The translations under genes and the position numbers were made by a program. A DNA stretch of 64,000 nucleotides, taken from NCBI RefSeq assembly GCF_963921235.1, contig NC_086097.1, forward strand, positions 17,484,001-17,548,000, written 5' to 3'. Of this stretch, positions 13,290 to 25,455 are shown in pieces. The notes under the pieces are model-generated. The model searched no databases. It was not told the DNA's origin and saw only the letters and a list, made by a program, of their open reading frames with translations. This stretch comes from Mobula hypostoma. Its lineage: Eukaryota. The first letter of the stretch is position 1. Each line of letters opens with the position of its first letter.

Positions 13290-14815
13290 GCAAGCAGCAT
13301 CTATGGAAAAGAGTACAGTCGACATTTCGGACTGAGACCCTTCAGCAGGACTGGAGGAAAAAAAAGATGATTAGATTTAAAAGGTGGGTGGAGGGGAGGG
13401 AGAAACATAAGGTGGTGGGTGAAACCAGGAGGAGCAGGGGTGAAGTAAAGAGCTGGGAAGTTGATCAGTGCAAGAGATACAGGTGTGACGAGAATACACA
13501 TAGATTAAGATGTTTGCTGTCCTGTGTGATCAGCAGTTGGTCTGCCATCTGTCTTCAGGAGAGAGAGATAAGGAAAACAATGGAGCAGCATTTGGAGAGG
13601 TGTAATGAAGGGGAAGGAGAGCTGTCAAGAGCGGCTCCCCCTTTGAACCCTGAACTGTTTGAAGTGATGGACAGACGATACCCCAGCAGGGGGATAAAAA
13701 GGGACAGGTTTGCTAAGGCAACACACACGACACCCGAGGTAACGAAACCCTGGAAGCGGTGCGCCTGTCACAAGTCGGTGGGAAGCTTTTGGACGGCTGA
13801 CCGCGGGATCAAGCCTTAGACGCTCAGGGTGGAAAGGCACGATCGGCGGGAATCTGGTGTGTGTCCACCCTTGCCTGGGTGCCAGGTTCAGCGCAGAGAA
13901 ACGGTCGTATCTGGAAACCGAGGGGTCACGGTCGGTGGCCTCAGATGACATCGCCTGAAAGCTGACTGCGAAGGTCTGTGTGTGGAAGCTGTTTTGAATA
14001 TTCATTCGTTTTGCTCTCTCTCCTTCCCCCACACTGTCCATCTCCCACGGCAGCGATTACTGCGAACTGAACTGAACTTTGCGTCACTTTGAAACTGGTC
14101 ATTTGCCCCTAGACAACGATAGAGCTTGATTGATCCTGTTTTCTTAATTCTGTGTACATGTATGTTTATCATTGCTGAACTGTTGCATTTATTATCCTTT
14201 CGATAAGAGTACTGTGTTGCTTGTTTCTTTAATAAAACTCTCTTAGTTCTGGTAATCCAGACTCCAACTGAGTGATCCATTTCTGCTGGTTTGGCAACCC
14301 AGTTACGGGGTACGTAACACAGGGCAGGAGAGGGGGGGGGAGTCTGATAAGAGAGGACAGAACACTGAAGAAGGTAAAGGTAGGGGGGGGGGAAGCCACC
14401 AGAGGGAGGTGATGGGCAGGCAAGGAGATAAGATGAGAGTGGGAAAATGAGATAGGAAATGGTGAAGGTGGAGTGGGGGAGCATTACTGAAAGTTCGAGA
14501 AATCTATGTTCATGCCATCAGGTTGGAGACTACCCAGGCAGAATATAAGGTGTTGTTCCTTCAAACTGAGTGTGACCTCATTGCGACAGTAGAGGAGGCC
14601 ATAGATTGTCATATCACTCATTATCTCCTTGTGCTTCTCCCTCCCCTCCTCCAGCTTATAAACTACTCTTCATCTTTTTTTTCCCTCCAGTCCTACTACA
14701 GGGTCTGGGCTCAAAATGTTGACTGTACTCATTTCCATAGATGCTGTCTGGCCTGCTGAGTTTCTCCAGCATTTTGTGTGTGTTGCTTGGATTTCCAGCA
14801 TCTGCAAATTTTGTC
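13290..14815. mobile_element. Penelope-like inverted 3' fragment pair, interrupted by a solo LTR
   Basis: Minus arm 13290-13483 plus 14320-~14610 (HHR-like at 13317-13352; ORF end ..RLGSLQPDGMNIDFSNF). Plus arm ~14615-14815 has a decayed HHR and tail. Confidence 0.75.
13484..14319 (+). mobile_element. Solo LTR (836 bp), probably Gypsy-type
   Basis: TGTGACG...CGTAACA termini; 4-bp TSD CAGG (13480-13483 / 14320-14323); TATA-like gataaaaa near 13693; AATAAA at 14231; CpGs retained. Confidence 0.9.
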
Positions 14816-15722
14816 TAGTTTGTGATAATTTAACAGCTTAGTGGAAGCTCAAAAACATTTGAAGTCCATTGTGTGTTTTCCTCTTAAATTCTTGAGTTAG
14901 CCTTCCAATAGCACAAGTTTCAAGGGGCAAAATAACTTTAAAAGATAGCCAGCATCTATGGAAAGAAATAAATGTATCAGGTCTGTAGTGCTAGTCTTAT
15001 CTTATGTGACTGGTCACTGTGCTCTTTATGAAAAAAAAACAAATTACGTAGTACTACTCTAAGTGCTAGTAGGCCATCAGAAGCTCCAGATATCAGGAGG
15101 AGGCAGTGAACAGAAAACACATACTTCTGGAGGTAAGTTTTGTTTATATATATATAAAAATATATATATTTATATATAAAAAAAACAAGATATACAAAAT
15201 ATTTACATGAGTAAGAACAATTCAAAATTCCAACATTCTTTATAGGTTCCAAATCTCAGATATCAACAAAAAACAAATTCCTATTTAGTTAGAATCAGTG
15301 ATATTCATTAGAATAACCTTTGTTACTCAAGCTTCCGTAACTAATTAGATCTATCGTTATTCCCTATTTAAAGGTTTACACACTAAACTTTCTTTTTTTT
15401 AATCCCTAGTTAGAAAACCAGTTGAATTCCTGTTCTTAAGTATTATGGTTAACTTCAGTTTTAGGTCAAGTATATCTACAAATTGAAATTCAAATTCAAA
15501 AATTATATATCTATGCAGCTTAACTCCTTTCACAGCAATTCTCCAGCATCACAACTTAAACAAAGTAAATCTTGTTCAGTAATTTATCAAAGTCTTTGCA
15601 AAAATAATCAGTCCTTGCAGAAAATCAAATTCAGATCCTTTGAATGAAAATAAACTTATATATCCAACCGTATTAAATCCTCTACGTCATGAAACATTTC
15701 ATTCCCGCACTGGTTGTTCATC

Positions 15723-18700
15723 GTAAGACCATAAGACCATAAGACAAAGGAGCAGAAGTCGGCTATTCAGCCCATCAAGTTTGCTCCACCATTATATCAT
15801 GAGCTGATCCATTCTCCCATTTAGTCCCACTCCCCTGCCTTCTCACCATAACCTTTGATGCCCTGGCTACTCAGATACCTATCAATCTCTGCCTCAAATA
15901 CACCCAATGACTTGGCCTCTACTGCCGCCCGTGGTAATAAATTCCGTAGATTCACCACCCTCTGACTAAAAAAATTTCTTCGCATTTCTGTTCTGAATGG
16001 GCGCCCTTCAATCTTTAAGTCATGCCCTCTCGTACTAGACTCCCCCAACATGGAAAACAAGTTTGCCACATCCACTCTGTCCATGCCTTTCAACATTTGA
16101 AATATTTCTATGAGGTCTCCCCTCATTCTTCTAAACTCCAAGGAATACAGTCCAAGAGCGGACAAACGTTTCTCATATGCTAACCCTCTCATTCCTGGAA
16201 TCACTCTAGTGAATCTTCTCTGTACCCTCTCCAACGTCAGCACATCCTTTCTTAAATAAGAAGACCAAAACTGCCCATAGTACTCCAAGTGAGGTCTCAC
16301 CAGCGCCTTATAGAGCCTCAACATCACATCCCTGCTCCTATACTCTATTCCTCTAGAAATGAATGCCAACATTGCATTCGCCTTCTTCACTACTGACTCA
16401 ACCTGGAGGTTAACCTTAAGGGGATCCTGTACGAGGACTCCCAAGTCCCGTTGCATCTCTGAACTTTGAATTCTTTCCCCATTTAAATAATAGTCTGCCC
16501 GTTTATTATTTCTGCCAAAGTGCATAACCATACACTTTCCAACATTGTACTTCATTTGCCACTGCTCTGCCCATTCTTCCAATCTATCCAAGTCTCTCTG
16601 CAGACTCTCCGTTTCCTCAGCACTACCGGCCCCTCCACCTATCTTCGTATCGTCAGCAAACTTAGCCACAAAGCCATCTATTCCATAATCCAAATCGTTT
16701 ATGTACAATGTAAAAAGAAGCGGCCCCAACACGGACCCCTGTGGAATACCACTGGTAACCGGCAGCCAACCAGAATAGGATCCCTTTATTCCCACTCTCT
16801 GTCTCCTGCCAATCAGCCAACGCTGTATCCATATATGTAACTTTCCCGTAATTCCATGGGCTCTTATCTTGTTAAATAGCCTCATGTGTGGCACCTTGTC
16901 AAAGGCCTTCTGAAAATCCAAATATACAACATCCACTGCATCTCCCTTGTCTAGCCTACTGGCAATTTCCTCAAAAAATTGTAATAAGTTTGTCAGGCAG
17001 GATTTTCCTTTAAGGAATCCATACTGAGTTCTGCCTATCTTGTCATATGCCTCCAGGTACTCTGTAACCTCATCCTTGACAATCGACTCCAACAACTTCC
17101 CAACCACCGATGTCAAGCTAACAGGTCTATATTTTCCTTTTTGCTTCCTTGCCCCCTTCTTAAATAGTGGAGTGACATTTGCAATCTTCCAGTCCTCCAG
17201 AACCATGCCAGAATCTATCGACTTTTGAAAGATCATCTGTAATGCCTCCGCAATCTCCACAGCTACTTCCTTCAGAACACGCGGGTGCGTTCCATCTGGT
17301 CCTGGAGATTTATCTACCTTTAGACTATTCAGCTTCCTGAGTACTTTCTCTGTCGTAATTGTGACTGCGCACACTTCTCTTCCCTGCCACCCTTGAGTGT
17401 CTGGTATACTGCTGATATCTTGCTCAGTGAAGACTGATGCAAAATGCTCGTTCAGTTCCTCTGCCATCTCCTTATCTCCTATTACAATTTCTCCAGCATC
17501 ATTTTCTATTGGTCCTATGTCTACTCTCACCTGTCTTTTACTCTTTATATACTTGCAAAAGCTTTTAGTATCCTCTTTGATATTATTTGCTAGCTTCCTT
17601 TAATAGTTAATCTTTTCCCTCTTAATGACCTTCTTAGTTTCCTTTTGTATGGTTTTAAAAACTTCCCAATCCTGTCTTCCCACTAATTTTTGCTTCCTTG
17701 TATGCCCTCTCCTTTGCTTTAACTTTGGCTTTGACTTCTCTTGTGAACCACGGTTGCATCCTTTTTCCATTCGAAAATATCTTCTTTTTTGGAATATACC
17801 TGTCTTGCATCTTCCTCACTTCTCGCATAAACTCCAGCCACTGCTGCTCTGCCGTCTTTCCCACCAGTGTCCATTTCCAGTCAACTTTGGCCAGTTCCTC
17901 TCTCATGCCACTGTAATTTCCTTTACTCCGCTGAAATACCGACACATCAGATTTCGGCTTCTCTTTTTCAAATTTCACAGTGAACTCAATCATGTTATGA
18001 TCACTGCCTCCTAAGGGTTTCTTCACCTCAATCTCTCTAATCACCTCCGGTTCATTACACAATACCCAATCCAGTACAGCCAATCCCCTAGTGGGCTCAA
18101 CAAGCTGTTCTAAAAAGCCATCTCGCAGGCATTCTACAAATTCTGTCTCTTGAGATCCAGTGCCAACTTGATTTTCCCAATCCACTCGCATGTTAAAATC
18201 CCCCACAATTATCATAACATTGCCCTTCTGACAAGCCTTTTTTATTTCCTGTTGTAATTTGTAGTCCACATACCTGCAGCTGTTTGGAGGCCTATAAATA
18301 ACTACCATCAGGGTCCTTTTACCCCTGCAATTTCTTAGCTCAACCCATAAAGATTCTGCACCTTCCGATCCGATATCACCTCTTTCTAATGATTTAATAT
18401 CATTTCTTACCAATAAACCCACGCCTCCCCCTCTGCCTACCTTCCTATCCTTCCGATACACCGTGTATCCTTGGACATTCATCTCCCAGACATGCATCCT
18501 TTAGCCAGGTTTCTGTGATGGCCACAATATCATACCTGCCAATCTGTAGCAGTACGACAAGATCATCCACCTTATTCCTTATGCTGCATGCATTTAAGTA
18601 CAACACCTTAAGACCAGTATTTGATACTTTTCGCTTTGATTTCACTGCAACTTTATTGCACTGCAACTCATCCCAATAGCTACAAATTTGCCCCATCACC

Positions 18701-20318
18701 TGCCTGTCTTTCCTGACATCTTTACTGCTCACTTTCTTAGATTTATTTCTGTTTTCCCCTTCCTCCGCTCTGTCATTCTGGTTCCCATCCCCCTGCTAAA
18801 TTAGTTTAAACCCTCCCTAACCGCTCTATTAAACTTTCCCGCCAAGATATGGTCCCCTTCGGGTTCAGGTGTAACCTGTCCTTTTTGAACAGGTCATACT
18901 TCCCCCAGAAGAGATCCCAATTATCCAAGAATCTGAAGCCCTGCCCCCTACACCAGTCTCTCAGCCACGCATTCATCTGCCTGATCTGACTATTCTTGCC
19001 CTCGCTAGAACGTGGCACAGATAGCAATCCCGAGATTACTGCCCTGGAGGTCCTGCTTCTCAGCTTCCTTCCCAACTCCTGGAAATCTCTCTTCAGGACC
19101 TCCTCGTTTGTCCTATCTATGTTATTGGTACCAACATGTACCAAGACAACTGGCTGCTCACCCTCCCCCTTCAGAATATTCAGGACCCGATCCGAGACAT
19201 CCCGTACCCTGGCACCTGGGAGGCAACACACCATGCAGGTATCTCTATCAGGCTCACAGAATCTCCCTGACTATGTCAGTTCCCCTGACTATGGAATCCC
19301 CTACGACTACCGCATTTCTCTTCTCCCTCCTTCTCTCCTGCACAACAGCGCCAGGCTCAGTGCCAGAGACCTGGTCACCGTAGGCATCCCCTGTCAGGTC
19401 ATCCCCCTCAACAGTATCCAGAACAAGATACTTGTTGCTGAGGGGGACAGCCACAGGTGTGCTCTCCACTATCCGGGTATTTCTCTTCCCTCTCTTGACA
19501 GTGACCCAGTTTTCTGACCCCTGTAGCCTAGGGATGACTACCTCCCTGTAGCTCCTGTCTATCACCTCTTCACTTTCCCTGATAAGCAGTAGGTCATCAA
19601 GCTGCAGCTCCAGATCTCTAACACGGTCTCTGAGGAGCTGCATCTTCGGTGCACCTGGCACAGATGTGGTCATCAGGGAGGCAGGAGGTCTCCCAGGATT
19701 CCCACATCTGACACCCTGAACAAAGCACTAACCCTGCAGGCACGCTATCTAATTCTACAGGAATGAAACAGGAAAAATAAGTCTACTCACCCACTTACCT
19801 CGCTAAACAGACAAACTTTTTAAACCGTTAGCTCGTACCATTAGCTGTGAGAGCCCTGCTGTTCCTGTCTGTCCGGGCCGATTCGCGAAAGTGGGGCGGG
19901 GGGGAGAAAAAAAAGAGTTGGTGCTTCACTCTCGCCTCTTCCCGTTTACCGCTGAAGCCCTTTGAAGCCCGTTGAAGCCAAAGCTCTACACTCTGCTCCC
20001 ACTCACTCCGCTGCCCGCTGTATAGGGTGGTCTCCTTTTTAAACTCTCTGCGCTATCCTGTTGACGTCACGTGCCTGCGCAGTCTCGTCCTTCTTGCACT
20101 TGAGGAAGTTTTTTAAAAAAAACTGCCTTCCTTCAGAATTCAGCTCCCACGATGCTCTGTAGTCCCGACCCAAAAGACAGCCGTTGGTAGCAACCTGCCT
20201 TTTTAAACTCTCCGCGCTGTCCTGTTGACGTAACGTGCCTGCGCAGTCTCGTTCTTCTTGCACTCGAAGAAGTTTAAAAAAAAAACTGCCTTCCTTCAGA
20301 ATTCAGCTCCCATGGCGC
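15723..20318 (-). mobile_element. Near full-length CR1 LINE: 5'UTR, ORF1 (Zn finger/coiled coil + SGNH esterase), ORF2 (APE + RT), frameshifted
   Basis: ORF1 VVVGDSIVRG / CLPGARVRDV / HVGTNN. EN VVIYRPPN, GDFN, SDHN. RT 569-aa ORF with YLDFQKAFDKVPH, PQGSVLGP, KFADDTK. (taagacca)n tail. Inserted in the Gypsy 3' LTR. Confidence 0.95.
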
Positions 20319-20321
20319 TCT
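20034..20321. repeat. Two ~125-bp direct repeats (period ~164 bp) in the CR1 5'UTR
   Basis: tttttaaactctc.gcgct.tcctgttgacgt.acgtgcctgcgcagtctcg...cagaattcagctccca occurs at ~20034 and ~20198. Confidence 0.85.
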
Positions 20322-22398
20322 TGGGTGGCTCGCCATCTGGTTTCTTGTTTTGTTGGATGAAATAGTTGATCATACATGGAAAGTCAATTCCCAAACTTGT
20401 ACAAATAAAAAATCTGACCGAATCCCTTGGTGTGATTTAACAGAACTACTTCCCAGTTATATGGTAGAGATCTTGGACACTCGTCTCCACTGATATTGTC
20501 TCCACTGATATAGCTATAACAAGCTGCTGCTTGTTATAGCTATAGCTTCAATAGATCATCTCTCCTTCCAGGGTTTCACCCTAAAGTTTTCAAGTAAGGT
20601 AGAGATACTCACTACTAATTCTACTTTTAACAGTTTATATGTTTAGTTTCTAATATTTTGCTGCATTTCTTTTGCTTTCCCATGCTGTGTCAGCCACACC
20701 TCGCTCTCACATAGCCTTTTTTCCCTCCAAGTTCTTTTTAAAAATTCTGAAATCTCTTTTTCATCCCTCCACAGGTGGATCTTTGGGTTTAATTAACCTG
20801 GGTTACACCCTCCCCCTTTGAATTTATGCAAGTTCCTTTGCATATGGCTACAGATTGCACTGTAATGAATCTGGGGTGCTCAACATATGTGAAATCTGGA
20901 AGAGACTCTACAATGGCTGAAATCAGAAAGTTTGGAAAAGGGACTGAACTATTGTCACTATAGGGTTTCCTCGCTCAGGATATGTTAAGAGTTCTAGGTT
21001 TTTCTTCTGAGCTCAGGGTCTTCTTTGTGAGAATTTTCATTTGTCATGTCTTTTCTAGTCAACACTTCACCATGTCTCTTTTGCTTGCCAAATTCAGGCT
21101 CATTTTGGATTGATGAAATTCCTAGACTTCTTTCATCAGGTAGGATACACTGATTATGCCTTTCCTTATGTGTTTTTTTTCCCCCACTGTGTTTTATTCA
21201 GGACTGACAGGCAAGTTACTTTCTCAGTAGATTCCTCTAAATCAGGTAAGTAACTTGCATTTCTGTGGGATTCCAGCACTGGGTCTGCTACCGGAGTGGT
21301 TGCAAGTGGCTGATTTGGGCTTGGGTTGGAGCCCACAATCCTTCTGTGATACTGTTCACAAGTTTCTCAACTCTTAGAAGGTTCATCTACAATGTCAAGT
21401 CTTTCTCTGAGGTAATAAACCTCATCCTTGTCCTCTTCAGAGTCAATTGGATTTTCTTCCTCTTCAACCAACTGTTAATTCTTAGTACTCTTGTGAGTTG
21501 TGTAGTTGCAATCAGGGACAGGAGAAAGTTATTCATTGTTTTCAGAAGGAAGAAATCCACAATGGAACAATAGATCCCTATGCAATGTTCGTATCGGCCC
21601 AGAATGGTTCTCAGGACATACCTTGCAGACAGGCAGATGACCAGCTTGGCTCACCACTACAGAGACTATTTCTAACCATTTATCGGCAAGTTTGTTTTTA
21701 CCTTGTAGGCACACATTCCTTACTAGCACTCTGGTTCCTTCTTTCAACTCTGAATCTGTCACGTTTCGGACTGCCACTTTCTGTGAGTTCCCCCTGGCTA
21801 TCTTGAAGCTCTCCTCAAGATTGAGATTTAAAATTTTGTACATTCAGAGAGTGTGATGTACCATGCTTGTCTTTCAAGGATAGTCTGAAAGCTAAGTCAA
21901 CTGGAAGTCCGGATTGTCGTCCGAACATCAATTCATACAGACTAAATCTAATCATCTCGTTCCCAGTAAAATTATAAACATGAATTAGGGGTTTCACAAA
22001 TTCTCGCCAGCAACTTTCATCTTTTGTCTCCAGGGTTCCCAACATATTTAAAAAGGTCCTGTTAAACTTCTTGACAGGGTTTCCTCTGGGATCATATGAT
22101 GTAGTTCTGAGTTTTTGAATTCCAGTTATTTTACACAATTCTTTAATCAAGTGGGATTTGAAGTCAGGCCCTCTATCGTTGTGTAGGTGCTTGGGATAAC
22201 CATAATGCAAGGTGAAATGCTCCCATAGGCACTTCACAACTGTCTTGGCTTTTTGGTTAGGTGTAGGAATAGCCAAAACATATTTAGTGAAATTAAACGC
22301 AAACAACAGGAATTCTGCAGATGCTGGAAATTCAAGCAACACACATCAAAGTTGCTGGTGAACGCAGCAGGCCAAGCAGCATCTGTAGGAAGAGGTGC

Positions 22399-22434
22399 AG
22401 TCGACGTTTCAGGCCGAGACCCTTCGTCAGGACT
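22399..22434 (-). ncRNA. Minimal type I hammerhead ribozyme motif, intact
   Basis: agtc CTGACGA agg-gtctcgg-cct GAAA CG TC^ gact; identical to 25420-25455. Confidence 0.85.
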
Positions 22435-25419
22435 AACTGAAGGAAGAGCGAGTAAGGGATTTGAAAGTTGGAGGGGGAGGGGAGATCCAAAATGATAGGA
22501 GAAGACAGGAGGGGGAGGGATAGAGCCAAGAGCTGGACAGGTGATAGGCAAAAGGAGATATGAGAGGATCATGGGACAGGAAGTCCGGGAAGAAAGACAA
22601 GGGGGGGGGAACCCAGAGGATAGGCAAGAGGTATATTCAGAGGGACAAAAAGGAGAGTGAGAGAAAGAATGTGTGCATAAAAATAAGTAACAGATGGGGT
22701 ACGAGGGGGAGGTGGGGCCTTAGCGGAAGTTAGAGAAGTCGATGTTCATGCCATCAGGTTGGAGGCTACCCAGACGGAATATAAGGTGTTGTTCCTCCAA
22801 CCTGAGTGTGGCTTCATCTTTACAGTAGAGGAGGCCGTGGATAGACCTGTCAGAATGGGAATGGGATGTGGAATTAAAATGTGTGGCCACTGGGAGATAC
22901 TGCTTTCTCTGGCGGACAGAGCGTAGATGTTCAGCAAAGCGGTCTCCCAGTCTGCGTCGGGTCTCGCCAATATATAAAAGGCCACATCGGGAGCACCGGA
23001 CGCAGTATATCACCCCAGTCGACTCACAGGTGAAGTGTTGCCTCACCTGGTAGGACTGTTTGGGGCCCTGAATGGTGGTAAGGGAGGAAGTGTAAGGGCA
23101 TGTGTAGCACTTGTTCCGCTTACACGGATAAGTGCCAGGAGGGAGATCAGTGGGGAGGGATTGGGGGGGGACGAATGGACAAGGGAATTGTGTAGGGAGC
23201 GATCCCTGTGGAATGCGGGGGGGGGAGGGAAAGATGTGCTTAGTGGTGCGATCCCATTGGAGGTGGCGGAAGTTACGGAGAATAATATGTTGGACCTGGA
23301 GGCTGGTGGGGTGGTAGGCGAGGACCAGGGGAACCCTATTCCTAGTGGGGTGGCGGGAGGATGGAGTGAGAACAGATGTACATGAAATGGGGGAGATGCG
23401 TTTAAGAGCAGAGTTGATAGTGGAGGAAGGGAAGCCCCTTTCTTTAAAAAAGGAAGACATCTCCCTCGTCCTAGAATGAAAAGCCTCATCCTGAGAGCAG
23501 ATGCAGCGGAGACAGAGGAATTGCGAGAAGGGGATGGCGTTTTTGCAAGAGACAGGGTGAGAAGAGGAATAGTCCAGATAGCTGTGAGAATCAGTAGGCT
23601 TATAGTAGACATCAGTGGATAAGCTGTCTCCAGAGACAGAGACAGAAAGATCTAGAAAGGGGAGGGAGGTGTCGGAAATGGACCAGGTAAACTTGAGGGC
23701 ATGGTGAAAGTTGGAGGCAATTTTAATAAAGTCAACGAGTTCTGCATGCGTGCAGGAAGCAGCGCCAATGCAGTCGTCGATGTAGTGAAGGAAAAGTGGG
23801 GGACAGATACCAGAATAGGCACGGAACATAGATTGTTCCACAAACCCAACAAAAGGCCAGGCATAGCTAGGACCCATACGGGTCCTTACTCTTAATAATT
23901 TCTCCTTTGGCTCCTCCCACTTCCTCCAAACTAAAGGTGTAGCTATGGGCACCCGTATGGGTCCTAGCTATGCCTGCCTTTTTGTTGGGTTTGTGGAACA
24001 ATCTATGTTCCGTGCCTATTCTGGTATCTGTCCCCCACTTTTCCTTCGCTACATCGACGACTGCATTGGCGCTGCTTCCTGCACGCATGCAGAACTCGTT
24101 GACTTTATTAACTTTGCCTCCAACTTTCACCCTGCCCTCAAGTTTACCTGGTCCAGTTCCGACACCTCCCTCCCCCTTCTAGATCTTTCTGTCTCTGTCT
24201 CTGGAGACAGCTTATCCACTGATGTCTACTATAAGCCTACTGACTCTCACAGCTATCTGGACTATTCCTCTTCTCAACCTGTCTCTTGCAAAAACGCCAT
24301 CCCCTTCTCGCAATTCCTCCGTCTCCACCGCATCTGCTCTCAAGATGAGGCTTTTCATTCTAGGACGAGGGAGATGTCTTCCTTTTTTAAAGAAAGGGGC
24401 TTCCCTTCCTCCACTGTCAACTCTGCTCTTAAACGCATCTCCCCCATTTCACATACATCTGCTCTCACTCCATCCTCCCGCCACCCCACTAGGAATAGGG
24501 TTCCCCTGGTCCTCACCTACCACCCCACCAGCCTCCGGGTCCAACATATTATTCTCCGTAACTTCCGCCACCTCCAACGGGATCCCACCACTAAGCGCAT
24601 CTTTCCCTCCCCCCCTCTCTCTGCATTCCGCAGGGATCGCTCCCTACACAACTCCCTTGTCCATTCGTCCCCCCCATCCCTCCCCACTGATCTCCCTCCT
24701 GGCACTTATCCGTGTAAGCGGAACAAGTGCTACACATGCCCTTACACTTCCTCCCTTACCACCATTCAGGGCCCCAAACAGTCCTTCCAGGTGAGGCAAC
24801 ACTTCACCTGTGAGTCGACTGGGGTGATATACTGCGTCTGGTGCTCCCGATGTGGCCTTTTATATATTGGCGAGACCCGACACAGACTGGGAGACCGCTT
24901 TGCTGAACATCTACGCTCTGTCCGCCAGATAAAGCAGGATCTCCCAGTGGCCACACATTTTAATTCCACATCCCATTCCCATTCCCATTCTGACATGTCT
25001 ATCCACGGCCTCCTCTACTGTAAAAATGAAGCCACACTCAGGTTGGAGGAACACCACCTTATATTCCGTCTGGGTAGCCTCCAACCTGATGGCATGAACA
25101 TCGACTTCTCTAACTTCCGCTAAGGCCTCACCTCCCCCTCGTACCCCATCTGTTACTTATTTTTATGTACGCATTCTTTCTCTCACTCTCCTTTTTCTCC
25201 CTCTGTCCCTCTGAATATACCTCTCGCCCATCCTCTGGGTCCCCCCCCCCAGTTGTCTTTCTTCCCCAATCTCCTGTCCCATGATCCTCTCGTATCCCCT
25301 TTTGCCTATCACCTGTCCAGCTCTTGGCTCTATCCCTCCCCCTCCTGTCTTCTCCTATCATTTTGGATCTCCCCCTCCCCCTCCAACTTTCAAATCCCTT
25401 ACTCACTCTTCCTTCAGTT

Positions 25420-25455
25420 AGTCCTGACGAAGGGTCTCGGCCTGAAACGTCGACT
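25420..25455 (+). ncRNA. Minimal type I hammerhead ribozyme motif, intact
   Basis: Helix I agtc/gact; core CTGACGA 25424-25430; helix II agg/cct; GAAA 25444-25447; palindromic ACGT helix III; predicted GUC cleavage after 25451. Confidence 0.85.

Noticed and set aside
13226..14484. ORFs of 197, 138 and 160 aa
   Set aside because: Chance frames across the Penelope UTR and solo LTR, with no recognisable domain.
22720..24130. ORFs 22720-23952 and 23867-24130 as novel fusion proteins
   Set aside because: Their ends simply read across the Penelope inversion junction into antisense sequence.
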